Assembly: GCA_042567505.1 (NCBI GenBank)
Contig: JBHPJW010000006.1
Location: 1,828-65,827 of the forward strand
Source of the DNA: Fibrobacterota bacterium
GTDB taxonomy: Bacteria > Fibrobacterota > Fibrobacteria > UBA11236 > JADFYW01
Direction: 5' to 3'
DNA length: 64,000 nucleotides
A program made the translations under genes and the position numbers. Below, one piece after another: positions 25,747-35,930 of this stretch (its first letter is position 1; the number at the start of each line of letters is the position of its first letter). Below the pieces are notes generated by a model. That model saw only the letters and a list, made by a program, of their open reading frames with translations. It did not search any database and was not told the DNA's origin.

Positions 25747-27228
25747 TTATTCGTACTGGGCCTCGCCGCCGATTTCATTGAGGAAATCCCCCACCTTTTC
25801 ATCACTTATCTCTTCCTCCTGGATCTCGTCGGGGGGATCATGCCTGGGTGATTCCAGGTTTTCTTCCGCAGACCGGGCTTCCTCCATATCAGAGATCATT
25901 CGCAAAGGAATTGCGGCTGTCCTGGGCTGGGCCTGACCGTTCTTAACAATGTAGGGGGTGATGAAGATTATCAAGTCTTTTTTAACGATGTTCTTTGAGG
26001 TATGTTTGAACAGAATTCCCAGTAAGGGGATGTCTTTTAAAAATGGAATCCCCCTTTCAGTTTCATTTTCAACCTTGGATGTCAGGCCCCCGATCACTAC
26101 CGTTTCGCCGTCATTTACCACCACTGTAGTTTTTGCCTCTGTAGTGGTTACAATGGGCCCGCGGGTAATCGCGTCAGTGCGGGCCTCGCTTCTCTGTGGA
26201 GACAAGTCGAGAATGACCCTGTTGTCATTAGTGATATGGGGAGTGACAATAAGTTCGATTCCCGCGTCCACGAATTCTGTGGTGGAGTTTAGATTCGCGT
26301 CCAACTTGTTGAAGGGCCGCCGTTCGCCGATAAAAATCCTGGCTTCGGTATTATCAAGCGTGGTTATCTGCGGTTTGGCAACCACTTCGCCTTTTCCCTC
26401 TGAAAGGAGGTGTTCAATGGAGGCGCCCAGCCTGCCGTCGAGCAGCCTGGCTGCCACGGCCAGAGTGGGATTGGCCACTCTTCCCGGAGAAGATCTGCCC
26501 AGAACCGCTCCTGATTGGCTGGCTGAAGGAACATCATTCAAATCAGGTGCCGGCGCTCCGGTTCCATAACCCCAGTTGATTCCCAATTCCTGGGCCGCGT
26601 CTGAACTTGCCTCGATTATCTGCGCTTGAATGTGTACTTGATAGGTTTCAACGTCAAGGTTTATGATGGCTTTTTTTATCTCGCCTAATTTTGATTGAAT
26701 GTCGGTTATAATAAAGGCGTTGGACATCTCCACAATAGCCAGTTTCCCCCTTTCAGACAGGAGACCGGTTACGGCGGTTTGCAGATCTTCCACCTTGGTG
26801 TGTTTGAGGTGGATTATCTCCCTAATCAGCTGAGCCTCTTTTTCCTGGGAGTTGAATTCCTTAAGGGACTGCACGTAGATGTATTCGTCCTCAATGGAAT
26901 AGGTAAGGCCGTACATCTGGCACAGCACCTCCAGAGCCTGCTTCCAGGTTTTGGCCGTCAGCGTCAGGTTCAGACGGCCGGAAAGCGTGGGAGACAGGAC
27001 GATGTCTACCTTCCCTGCGGCGGATATGGCCTTGAAAGCTGAGCGAATATCCAGGTTGGGGAAGTAAAAATCCCTGGCAACATTCTGAGAAGATGCGGCC
27101 GGCCCTGGTTGGTTGGTATTATCCGGGTTCTGACCCGAAGGAGGTTCGCTCTGATCCTGGCCTGAGAGCAGGCCGCCCATCAGGAACAACGTGAGAATTA
27201 TTCTTTTCAGTACGTCCCGGTGCTTCAT
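25747..27228 (-). CDS. pilQ: type IV pilus secretin PilQ (GspD/PilQ secretin family, short N-terminus)
   Basis: Secretin C-domain VVIGGLTSKVENETERGIPFLKDIPLLGILFKHT...LIIFITPYIV; signal peptide; last gene of pilMNOPQ. Confidence 0.9.
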   Translation of the reverse strand: MKHRDVLKRIILTLFLMGGLLSGQDQSEPPSGQNPDNTNQPGPAASSQNVARDFYFPNLDIRSAFKAISAAGKVDIVLSPTLSGRLNLTLTAKTWKQALEVLCQMYGLTYSIEDEYIYVQSLKEFNSQEKEAQLIREIIHLKHTKVEDLQTAVTGLLSERGKLAIVEMSNAFIITDIQSKLGEIKKAIINLDVETYQVHIQAQIIEASSDAAQELGINWGYGTGAPAPDLNDVPSASQSGAVLGRSSPGRVANPTLAVAARLLDGRLGASIEHLLSEGKGEVVAKPQITTLDNTEARIFIGERRPFNKLDANLNSTTEFVDAGIELIVTPHITNDNRVILDLSPQRSEARTDAITRGPIVTTTEAKTTVVVNDGETVVIGGLTSKVENETERGIPFLKDIPLLGILFKHTSKNIVKKDLIIFITPYIVKNGQAQPRTAAIPLRMISDMEEARSAEENLESPRHDPPDEIQEEEISDEKVGDFLNEIGGEAQYE

Positions 27229-28865
27229 GGTAGCATCCTTTCCTTTGGAGATTTAAGCTTCAGGGTATAGAAACGGAACACCCCGTATTCTGATATTTCA
27301 AATACGACTTTATGCCGTGTAATCTGAGTGACTTTGCCATTGGATATGGAATCGCCTTTTCTCAGAGCAATTGATATGGCAGGTTCTGTTCTATGCTCTA
27401 ACACGGCCAGCGGGTCTTTGGCATTCCAGATAATCCCTACCAGTTTCATCTGGTCGAGGATTATGTCTCTGTCCGAAAGCGGCGCATGTTCCACAGGGAT
27501 AAAAGGATCACGGCGCCCAAAGCTGGTATACTGGACCTTTTTTCTCTCCCTCTCGCGCTTGCGTTTTTCCTGTTCCTCAATCCTTTTTTTCTCAGCAAGT
27601 ATCCTGGCCATTTCCTGTTCTCTTTCTATTCTTTCCTGTTCAGCCTTGCGCTTTTCTTCCAGGCGGAGCTTTTCTTTTCGCTTCAAATTGAGGATCTCTT
27701 CCTCCTTTTTCCTTTTTTCCTCCCCAGCTTTTTTCCTGGCCAATTTCTCCTCTTTCTTTTTCGCCTCTTCTTCGGCCCTTTGTTTGGGTTCCAGTTCTTT
27801 TTTTTTTAATGCTTCTTCCTCCGCCCTTTGTTTGGCTGCCAGTTCTTTTTGTTTTCTGGCTTCTTCTTCAGCCTTTTGTTTCGCGGCTAATCTCATTTCT
27901 TCAGCTTCCCTCTCCGCTTGTTGTGTTTTTATGCTCTTTCTTTGTTCAGGAGTTAGTTTGTCTTCATATGCCAGTAGGTTGTTCTTGACCCAGCCGGTAT
28001 CCTTCCCAGTGTACACTTGAAACCAGTCCTTTTTTCTGCTGATTCCGGTGACTTTTTCGCCGGCATGTATTGTTCTGATTGTTTGCGAGCCCGTTCCTGG
28101 AGCATCTCTCAGTTTTATCCTGTTGCTGAGAGCGATATAGTCCCGGTTTTCTTCAGAAATAGAGAACGTCTTACCCGGCATGGTTTTTAATCGGGATGTT
28201 TTTCGGTCCATGGCAGTTCCAAGGTCAAAAGCGCTTTCCGTCCCCAGGACATCCTCCAGTTTCACTGAGTCTTCTGCCTGGATCTCCCGGGGATTGCCGG
28301 TATCAGGCGTTTCCACGGTGGGGGGCGGTAATTGGATGGACTCATCGGGATTCTCATTCTGGGCGAGGAGTATATGGCTCGATCCTTCAATTTCTGAAAT
28401 GGGCTGGGTGGAGGGAGAAACCGTCCAGTGGAATTTGTCCCCCCTTGATTTTCCCAACGCGAGGTTGATGGTCCCGGCATTGGATTTTGAGGCCTTGTAT
28501 TTGCTGCTTCGGTTCAGGGTTCGAAGGCTGAAACCCACACTCAGAAAACCACGAACCTTGCCGTGGTTTTTCCCGATGACTTTGCGGACGGCCATATGTG
28601 ACACATAGGGGTTGTTTCTGGCGATGGGATAGTTGCCGTAGATGATACTGCTCCCGGTTTCCAGAAAGTTAATGGAATAAATTCCGGTTTCAGCCTCGAA
28701 ATGCTGGAAAAACCTGGGGATGCGCGAGGCCAGCGAATCCTTCCGGAAAGAAAATTCCACAAACACCTGGTCGCCGTCGCTGGCCAGGCGCACTTTTTCG
28801 AGAATAGCGCCGCGAAGCGGCGCCGTGAGGCACGCCAACAGGAAGAATAAGGCGCCGGGTTTCAT
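27225..28865 (-). CDS. PilP-like pilus assembly protein fused to AMIN-like N-domain, SH3b domain and ~130-aa K/E-rich coiled coil
   Basis: Position between pilO and pilQ. C-terminal RRDPFIP...LVGIIWN...GKVTQITRHKVVF resembles PilP core. SH3b-like segment IKLRDAPGTGSQTIRTIHAGEKVTGISRKKDWFQVY...GWV. Long AEEEA/KK/RKAEQER repeats. 4-nt overlap with pilQ. Confidence 0.6.
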   Translation of the reverse strand: MKPGALFFLLACLTAPLRGAILEKVRLASDGDQVFVEFSFRKDSLASRIPRFFQHFEAETGIYSINFLETGSSIIYGNYPIARNNPYVSHMAVRKVIGKNHGKVRGFLSVGFSLRTLNRSSKYKASKSNAGTINLALGKSRGDKFHWTVSPSTQPISEIEGSSHILLAQNENPDESIQLPPPTVETPDTGNPREIQAEDSVKLEDVLGTESAFDLGTAMDRKTSRLKTMPGKTFSISEENRDYIALSNRIKLRDAPGTGSQTIRTIHAGEKVTGISRKKDWFQVYTGKDTGWVKNNLLAYEDKLTPEQRKSIKTQQAEREAEEMRLAAKQKAEEEARKQKELAAKQRAEEEALKKKELEPKQRAEEEAKKKEEKLARKKAGEEKRKKEEEILNLKRKEKLRLEEKRKAEQERIEREQEMARILAEKKRIEEQEKRKRERERKKVQYTSFGRRDPFIPVEHAPLSDRDIILDQMKLVGIIWNAKDPLAVLEHRTEPAISIALRKGDSISNGKVTQITRHKVVFEISEYGVFRFYTLKLKSPKERMLP

Positions 28866-28867
28866 CG

Positions 28868-29452
28868 TTATTTAGACGTGAATGTTTTCAATTGAAATTT
28901 TGTGTCAATGGTATTGATGATATCATCAATTTGAGATACGTTTTTTACCCTTTTGACTGACGCGTTCTGCATAATATGCACATTGGTGATGGCAGTGGGG
29001 TAGGTAAAGTTCGCTATTTCTTGAAAAAAGGCCCCCAGTCCGTGATAACCGGACTCCACCTTGATAGCGTAATTATTTTCCATGTAAAATTCCTTTTCCA
29101 TGGCATTCAACGGCTCAAAAAGCACCGGTACCACTGAGGACCTTCTCGACGCCCTGGAAAGATCCTGCAGACGCTTGGGAATGAAGTCCTGGTCCGGGAA
29201 CATTTCCTTCAGCCTGATAAAGTCTTCTGAAGCCTGTTTTATCTCCCGCTGCAGTTCTCCTTTTCTTTGGTTCTGTGTCATTATCTTGCTCAACTCAGTT
29301 TTCTTATTGTTGAGCACGCTTTCCAATCGCTGGCTCTCCTCGTTATAGGGAATCCACTCCCTGGACCAGAACAGATACATCAGGTAGAACACAAGAGCCA
29401 TGCACGCTCCGGCGTATATCAGCATTTTGGTTTTCAGGGTAAGTTGTTTCAT
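28868..29452 (-). CDS. pilO: type IV pilus assembly protein PilO
   Basis: N-terminal TM helix, coiled coil, then PilO-like periplasmic core; operon position. Confidence 0.75.
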   Translation of the reverse strand: MKQLTLKTKMLIYAGACMALVFYLMYLFWSREWIPYNEESQRLESVLNNKKTELSKIMTQNQRKGELQREIKQASEDFIRLKEMFPDQDFIPKRLQDLSRASRRSSVVPVLFEPLNAMEKEFYMENNYAIKVESGYHGLGAFFQEIANFTYPTAITNVHIMQNASVKRVKNVSQIDDIINTIDTKFQLKTFTSK

Positions 29453-30069
29453 GAAACCACGTCAGCAACCCGGGCTGACGGTCTTTCCGCTCCCAGATTT
29501 AAATTGACCTTAATTTTCAAAGTAAAGATGAATGCGTCTGGTTTTATTGATCCGTCCACCTGAATTTTATCCAGACTGACGTTCAGGAAATAATTGTCTT
29601 TTTCCAAGGCTATCATGTAAACTGCGACCTCGGAAAATAAATGGGACGTTCCAATTAAAAGCAAGTCTCCGGCCTGCTCATTTTCCTGCTTTATTTCCTT
29701 GATCCAGGTATGGGGCGGCACTGTTTTGCTCAATCCCTCCAGTATGCGGACCCATACCTGTTTGTTGAAGCTTATGCTTTTTAATGAACGGTTCTTGGCG
29801 TTTTTTTCCTGCAGCAACCGCTCCAGCTTTTTGATTTGAGACAGGATTTTTTTATTGGCCTTGATGTCGGCTTCAATGGATGCCAATTTTTCTTTATTGT
29901 CTTTCAGGTCGCTGTGAATGGTGGAAATACCAATCAAGTAGGCCAGCAACGTGATTAACACCACGAGACTGGGAACCACTATTTTAGTATCCAGCAGGTA
30001 GGAATAATCTTTCTTGATTTTCCGTTCCTCAACCGGAAGCAGGTTTATTTCTATTAATTCAGACATCAA
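29449..30069 (-). CDS. pilN: type IV pilus assembly protein PilN
   Basis: Conserved N-terminal INLLP motif (ELIEINLLPVEERK), single TM, coiled coil. Confidence 0.8.
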   Translation of the reverse strand: MMSELIEINLLPVEERKIKKDYSYLLDTKIVVPSLVVLITLLAYLIGISTIHSDLKDNKEKLASIEADIKANKKILSQIKKLERLLQEKNAKNRSLKSISFNKQVWVRILEGLSKTVPPHTWIKEIKQENEQAGDLLLIGTSHLFSEVAVYMIALEKDNYFLNVSLDKIQVDGSIKPDAFIFTLKIKVNLNLGAERPSARVADVVS

Positions 30070-31148
30070 AACCGCCTCAAAGCCAATCCGGTGGCAACCG
30101 TTAAAGTAGTGGAGATGTCTTGAGGGACTGCCCCGACAAATTTTTTCCGGTCATAAGCCATAGTACCCAGCGGGTCAGCGATTTCTACCTGGGTTTCGTG
30201 CCTTTCCGCCAGCAGGTCCGGGAGGTTTTCTATGCAGGCGCCTCCCCCGCAGATGATTATTTTGTCAATGGCCAGATTGTCCTCAGATGACTGGAAATAA
30301 CTGAATGCCAGATCAAGTCCTATGCTGAGCTCTTCCACGGAAATTTCTATGCAGCGCTGGACGGTATCATCGTTGTAATTGCCCCGTTCTCTCCCCTTCA
30401 GGATGGCCATGGCTTCCCACTCTTCCACCTGGAGTTCTTTCTGCAGAGACTGGATAAAATAACTGCCGGCCGTTGGAATGTCCCTGGTAGAATGATATGC
30501 GCCATGCTTTATGAAAGTCAGATTGGTGACGTTTTCTCCTATGTTTACCAGGCACAAGACCTTTTTTTTATCTTCCGGAGAAGCTGTGAAGAAAAAGGCG
30601 TTGGCAACAGCGAAAGTGTCCACATCAATATTGACCGGATCCAGTCCCGCATCCCGGATCAGTGACAGGAATGGCTGCATTACTTTTAATCTGGCCGCAA
30701 CCAGGAGGACTTCCATGTCTCCTGTGACGGGATTTTTATCAAGGATTTTGTAATCGAGCTGAATGTCTTCCACATCAAAAGGGCTGTGCCTTCCCGCTTC
30801 CATGAGAATGAGTTCATCGTCTGATTCGAGTTTGGAGGATTTCAATCGAATACGGTCAGCAATAACCCCATATGACCATGAAAGGGCGAAATTCACTTTT
30901 TTTACCTTTCCCGCCGGATCGGTTTTATTGATGAGAGAAGTTATGGCGTGCAGGAGTTCGTCCCGGTTCTTGATTTCACCGCTTTCCATGGTCCCTTCTT
31001 TGAAAACGTGAATTCCGGCACCCAAAAGGACAGGACCTTTTGTCCCATGTTTGATATAAACGATTTTAACGCTGTGATTACCAATGTCGAGGCCGACACT
31101 GACGGGATCACCTCCAAACAAACGGAGAACTCGCTTCTTTATTTCCAA
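30066..31148 (-). CDS. pilM: type IV pilus assembly protein PilM (actin-like ATPase fold)
   Basis: Phosphate-1 motif VGLDIGNHSVKIVYI; FtsA/PilM-like length and operon position. Confidence 0.85.
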   Translation of the reverse strand: MEIKKRVLRLFGGDPVSVGLDIGNHSVKIVYIKHGTKGPVLLGAGIHVFKEGTMESGEIKNRDELLHAITSLINKTDPAGKVKKVNFALSWSYGVIADRIRLKSSKLESDDELILMEAGRHSPFDVEDIQLDYKILDKNPVTGDMEVLLVAARLKVMQPFLSLIRDAGLDPVNIDVDTFAVANAFFFTASPEDKKKVLCLVNIGENVTNLTFIKHGAYHSTRDIPTAGSYFIQSLQKELQVEEWEAMAILKGRERGNYNDDTVQRCIEISVEELSIGLDLAFSYFQSSEDNLAIDKIIICGGGACIENLPDLLAERHETQVEIADPLGTMAYDRKKFVGAVPQDISTTLTVATGLALRRF

Positions 31149-31435
31149 AGACTTTTTACCCAGTTACTTTTAACCGTATTTGATTCTACAGCCTTAAGTT
31201 ATTTATGTCAAGTTAATATAAATCTTTAATAGTTATGGCAGATACAAATATCGTGTAATATTTATTTTTAATGAATTACATAAGTATTATATTGTGATTC
31301 TAGTTATAGAGGATACTATATGTTGTGGGGATCTGACGTAATTATAATCTCATAGAGATATGAGAATAAATTTTCCGGGATCCCTCTCACAGGGAGGGAA
31401 AGTTCTCTTTTTAAGGTCTGGCAGGGGTGAAAGAT

Positions 31436-32649
31436 CTAGCGGAACTGGGAATCCATCCGGTTTTTTTCAAATACAAAACGGACTATTTTTTCCTGAGTAG
31501 CTGTCTCGATTTCACAGAATTTCAATCGGTGGATGAATACATTCGCGTCATTCTTTTTTAACGCGTCATAATTTATGACCTCGGACAGGATGTTTTTCAA
31601 AGAAGAACCGGGCAGGTCAAAATTCAGAGACAAAGTAGATCCCGAACTTAGGCCGCTGGACAGACGGAGACAAATGCCGCCTCCGCTGATATCCATGATT
31701 CGGCCTTCCAGTACCGTTCCATTGGGTAAATCATCTTTATCAGGGCTTTCATCTTTTCCCCCGGTCTTTTTGACCAAGGTTGCTTTGCAAGGGATATTAA
31801 CGTCTACCCGCACCCAGTTCCGTAATTGCTTTCTCTGGAGATCGTGGGTGTGTTCTAATACAATACTGCCGTCTCGTATTTCCTTTACCCGGATTTTTAG
31901 ACGGTACTCAGCGTCACCTGGTCGGATAAACCAGACTGGCAGACTTTGATTCTGATTTATCTGCCCAATTGGCAGGTCTTTACCCTCCAGAGACCACACT
32001 CTTTCGTCTATTTCCTTAATGGTGGCTTTTATTGACATATCGCTTTTTCTGTTTCCAATGGTAACAGGCATTCCGGGATTGAGCTGTTTCGTGCTGGTCA
32101 GGTGAGTTTCAACTGGAAGTCTGGAGTAATTCAGTTTTTTCCTTAATCGGGACAGGAGGTCGTACGGCATCAGCTCAGAGCTGTCTTTTTTCTCCAGGGT
32201 GTTCAGATAGGCGTCGAGGCTTTCCTCATAGACCGTTGGAGAGTTGAAAATCGTATCGGCCTGAAGCTGCTTTCCCGCTTCCACTATATTTTTAAGAAGT
32301 TTCGTTTCCTTGGGCGTGAGACCTCTTTTTGATACCAGTTCTCCAAAATTCTGCCAACTCAGTTCAATTTTTTCCCGTCTCTGTTTATCGGATTTTAGGA
32401 TTTCCCATGCCACAAAAAAACCGAGAATGAAAATAGCGAGAGAACCCAGCAGAATTATCAAAATGGGGCTGGCGGATGGGAAAGCTTTGCGGATATTGTC
32501 ATAGACACTATCATCCGCCGGGAGAGATATTGCCAGGCCGCTTACCAGGAGGATAATCCTGGCAAGCAGGTATTTTATGTTTTCTTTTTCTTCCACTTCT
32601 GGAACTTTTTTAGAATGAATATAAAAATTAATCAAATTTCGATAACACA
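31436..32649 (-). CDS. membrane-anchored PilZ-domain protein (predicted c-di-GMP receptor) upstream of pilM
   Basis: Two N-terminal TM helices; C-terminal PilZ motifs RKQLRNWVRVDV (RxxxR) and DISGGG (DxSxxG); start taken at internal Met MCYRN. Confidence 0.65.
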
Positions 32650-32705
32650 TTATTTTACTAAATGAAAGATTGTTTACCGCCCTCCGAAATGATAAAATAA
32701 GAAAA

Positions 32706-33020
32706 ATGAAAAAGATACCCCTTTCCGAAGTCCAGGATGGAATGATCCTGGCTAAACCTGTTATCGGTTCCGACGGCAAAATACTTTTGGCCGAAGGTGA
32801 AGTACTCAAGGCAAAAATGGCCATGCGTCTTTCGAATTGGGGTGTGGCTATCGCTTACATTCGTGAGGAAGGCGAGGAAGGAAGTTCTGATGAGGATGGG
32901 GAACAGAAGGCGGCAAGGTTGAAAATGCTGGAAAATACTTTTAAGGGAGTATTGGATAATCCCAATATGAAAACCATCTATGTTGCCATAAAAAAACATA
33001 TCCAGGAAAAAGAGGCATGA
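32706..33020 (+). CDS. small DUF3391-like protein (N-terminal module usually fused to HD-GYP/HD domains)
   Basis: MKKIPLSEVQDGMILAKPVIGSDGKILLAEGEVL resembles the DUF3391 consensus; 4-nt ATGA overlap with the downstream HDOD gene. Confidence 0.45.
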   Translation: MKKIPLSEVQDGMILAKPVIGSDGKILLAEGEVLKAKMAMRLSNWGVAIAYIREEGEEGSSDEDGEQKAARLKMLENTFKGVLDNPNMKTIYVAIKKHIQEKEA

Positions 33021-33883
33021 GCAACCAGGTAGAAAACCTGAGAAACATAACTCAGAGGTTGACAGATCTGCCGACTCTTCCCACTGTGGTTGCAAAAATC
33101 GCCATGTTGATGCAGAATCCCAGGACTTCCGCTAATGAAGTAGGGCAAGCAATAACCAATGACCAATCTCTGACTTCAAAGACGCTTAAACTGGTTAATT
33201 CAGCCTTTTACGGATTCCCCGGGAGGATCAGTACGGTTACCCATGCCATAGTAATTCTGGGGTTTACCACCGTGAAAAATATTGTTTTAACCGCCTCTAT
33301 TTTTGACGCAATAGGGAAGAAGGAAGGTGCCTCGCAGGGTTTTAACATTAAGGCTTTCTGGCTTCATTCAATCGCTACGGGAGCGACCGCAAAAGTACTG
33401 GCTGAATTCCTGAAATCAAAGAAAACCGAGGAAGCCTTTATCGGAGGTCTGTTGCATGACCTCGGAAAAGTAATCTTAAGCCATTTTGCCAGGGATGAAT
33501 TTGAGGCTGTCCTCCAGTACAGGGACGAGCATGATTGTCTGCTCTATCAAGCGGAAAAAGCAATTTTAGAAATTTCGCATCAGGAACTGGGCGGATGGAT
33601 TGCAGACACGTGGAACCTGCCGAAGGATTTGGCTGCAGTTATTCAGTATCATCATACGCCCAATTCTGCTGGAATATACAAGGAAATAACCAGTATCATT
33701 CACCTTGCAGACATACTTACCCGGGCTCTCGGGAGCGGTTCAGGTGGTGATAACCGAATTCCAGTGGTGGATGATTCGGTCTGGGAAAACCTGAAGATGG
33801 GCAGTCTGGATTTGCCCAAGCTGCTTGCCAGAGCCGAGGATGAGATTGAAAAGGCGAGTATCTACCTGCAGGAGGCAATGTAG
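33017..33883 (+). CDS. HDOD-domain signalling protein
   Basis: HDOD consensus LPTLPTVVAKIAMLMQNP...LKLVNSAFYGFP...FWLHSIATGATAKVLAEFL...GGLLHDLGKVIL. Confidence 0.8.
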   Translation: MSNQVENLRNITQRLTDLPTLPTVVAKIAMLMQNPRTSANEVGQAITNDQSLTSKTLKLVNSAFYGFPGRISTVTHAIVILGFTTVKNIVLTASIFDAIGKKEGASQGFNIKAFWLHSIATGATAKVLAEFLKSKKTEEAFIGGLLHDLGKVILSHFARDEFEAVLQYRDEHDCLLYQAEKAILEISHQELGGWIADTWNLPKDLAAVIQYHHTPNSAGIYKEITSIIHLADILTRALGSGSGGDNRIPVVDDSVWENLKMGSLDLPKLLARAEDEIEKASIYLQEAM

Positions 33884-33927
33884 ATCTGGTTGAGTATGTA
33901 TCCAGCATCGCAGGCACAGGATATGAT

Positions 33928-35535
33928 ATGGACGAACTGAAGAAACTCAAGGACATCAACAGGGACCTGCGCCGGTCATTTGACCAACTTTCCGCCCTGC
34001 AGAGCATGACCATCAGCATAAGCGAATCCAAAACGCTAAACGATATCGTTTCATCTCTCATCCAGGTTATTCCACAGATTATTGAATGCCATTCCTGCAG
34101 GATCTATTTATTTGATAATGAAAAATTCAATAAGGTCGGCGAAGCAATCTATAAGGAAAGCATTCCGGTTAAAGCTATTGATGAAGAAGTGATGTACTGG
34201 TGCTGTAAGCGCGGCACCGTTACTGTGCAACCGGGACTTGAGGATAAAACCGGGCACGCTATTGCTCCCCTTACTCATACCGCGGATATTATCGGCGTCA
34301 TAGTGCTCGACTTGGGAGAGTACATAGACTATTATTCGGAGGTCACCGGTCTGGCTCTGACCACTATTGCCAACCACACAGCCCTTGCCATTTCAAACTA
34401 CCGTTTCCACACTCAGATGGAAGAAAAGGCCGGGAAATTAAACGACATGAAGAAATACGTAGATGGGGTGATAGCCTCCATCGCCCATTCTGTGATTACT
34501 GTTGATCACGATGGAAAAATCACGGTTTTCAACCGGAAAGCAGAAGATTTTTTCCAGATTCGCTCAAAGATAGCCGTTGGCAACTCCTATTCAGTGGTTC
34601 TGCCGGAATACCTGCGAAATATTTTTTCCGAGCTGTTGCTCAACATACAAAGCGGAAAAGATCCCGCTCCGGTGGAGCTGGCCTTCTCCACCATCTATAA
34701 TGAGGAAAGAAATACCCTGATTACAGCCTCTCCGTTAAAGGTTACCGGAACCCATAAGCCGGGAATGGTGTGCATTTGCCAGGATCTCGCGCTGTCAAAA
34801 GAGGTGGAGCGTCTGAAGGAATTGGATCAGATGAAAGATGATTTTATTTCAATGGTTAGCCATGAACTGAAAACGCCGTTGGCTTCTATTCTCGCTTATT
34901 CGGAAAGCCTCCTTGATGGTTTGGCTGAGAACAAGGAAGAAGAAAAGGAGTACCTGAAAGTTATTTATGATGAGGGAAACCGTCTTGGCCAATTAGTTAA
35001 CGATATTCTGGATTTATCAAAAATTGAATCAGGTAAAATGGATTTCCACATGGCCTCTTTTGCGCCCGCCGACCTGATAAAAAAGGGAATATCCTCTGTA
35101 AAAACTCTGTGTAAGAAGAAAAAACAAAATCTGATAGTCCAGGTGGATGAGGGCTTACCCGCGGTTCACGGTGACTTTGAGAAAATCACCCAGGTTTTAA
35201 TCAACATGCTTTCCAACGCTGTCAAATTTACCAATGAAGGGGGGGACATTACCGTAGGTTCGTTAGGTTTGGGAGGAGGTGAAACATATGAAGAAAATGC
35301 TGTTTCTACGGTCCTGTTCTTTGTTGAGGATACCGGAATTGGAATCAAAAAGGAAGATTTCAAAAAGGTATTTGATAAATTCACCCATATCGAGCCGGTG
35401 ATGCATCATGTTGAGGGGACCGGATTGGGAATGCCCATTTCCCGGGAGATTATGAGAAAGCATGGCAGCGATCTGGAATTTACCAGTCATCCCGGCAGGG
35501 GATCCAGGTTTGAATTTAAATTGAAAAGTACCTGA
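33928..35535 (+). CDS. sensor histidine kinase (GAF + PAS + HisKA + HATPase_c), cytoplasmic
   Basis: H-box MVSHELKTPLASI; N/G boxes LSNAVKFTNEGGDI, EDTGIGI, GTGLGMPISRE; GAF-like N-terminal region; no TM segments. Confidence 0.85.
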   Translation: MDELKKLKDINRDLRRSFDQLSALQSMTISISESKTLNDIVSSLIQVIPQIIECHSCRIYLFDNEKFNKVGEAIYKESIPVKAIDEEVMYWCCKRGTVTVQPGLEDKTGHAIAPLTHTADIIGVIVLDLGEYIDYYSEVTGLALTTIANHTALAISNYRFHTQMEEKAGKLNDMKKYVDGVIASIAHSVITVDHDGKITVFNRKAEDFFQIRSKIAVGNSYSVVLPEYLRNIFSELLLNIQSGKDPAPVELAFSTIYNEERNTLITASPLKVTGTHKPGMVCICQDLALSKEVERLKELDQMKDDFISMVSHELKTPLASILAYSESLLDGLAENKEEEKEYLKVIYDEGNRLGQLVNDILDLSKIESGKMDFHMASFAPADLIKKGISSVKTLCKKKKQNLIVQVDEGLPAVHGDFEKITQVLINMLSNAVKFTNEGGDITVGSLGLGGGETYEENAVSTVLFFVEDTGIGIKKEDFKKVFDKFTHIEPVMHHVEGTGLGMPISREIMRKHGSDLEFTSHPGRGSRFEFKLKST

Positions 35536-35570
35536 GACAGGAAATTTTCAGGGTTGTCTTCGTTTTTTTT
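35535..35570 (+). terminator. candidate rho-independent terminator after the histidine kinase gene
   Basis: agaca...tgtct short stem followed by tcgtttttttt; weak. Confidence 0.3.
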
Positions 35571-35930
35571 CCAGGTGTTTTTGCCTCCTCGCTTCCTGAC
35601 GTTGATGAAAGACGTCATCCAGATAGCATTCTTTAGATATGAGGAAAACTATTACCATGAAAGACAGGATGAGGCAGGCGCTTTCAAAGGTGACTGTATT
35701 CAAGATGGCGGTCAGCAATTCAGTGTACCTTGTGAAATAATGAAATTTATTGTGGGCATTTCGGTTCGTCCTCAGCAGGATCCCATACCACTACCATTTG
35801 ATTTTATCATGACTTATTGAAAAAATCCATCCGCAATCATCAAAAAACATAATTTTCTAAAAACTCTCAAAAACATTGCACAGGAAAGCTTTAGTAATAG
35901 GCCTGATTTTACGATATAATTAGTATTGAT

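Noticed and set aside
27328-28020. ORF 27328-28020 + (230 aa, Ser/Phe/Leu-rich) and 27486-27809 +
   Set aside because: Antisense to the K/E-rich coiled-coil repeat of the PilP-like gene. Low-complexity mirror translation.
31150-31435. Sigma-54 promoter upstream of pilM
   Set aside because: Looked for GG-N10-GC/TGGCAC-N5-TTGCA in the correct orientation in the AT-rich 290-bp leader and found no convincing match.
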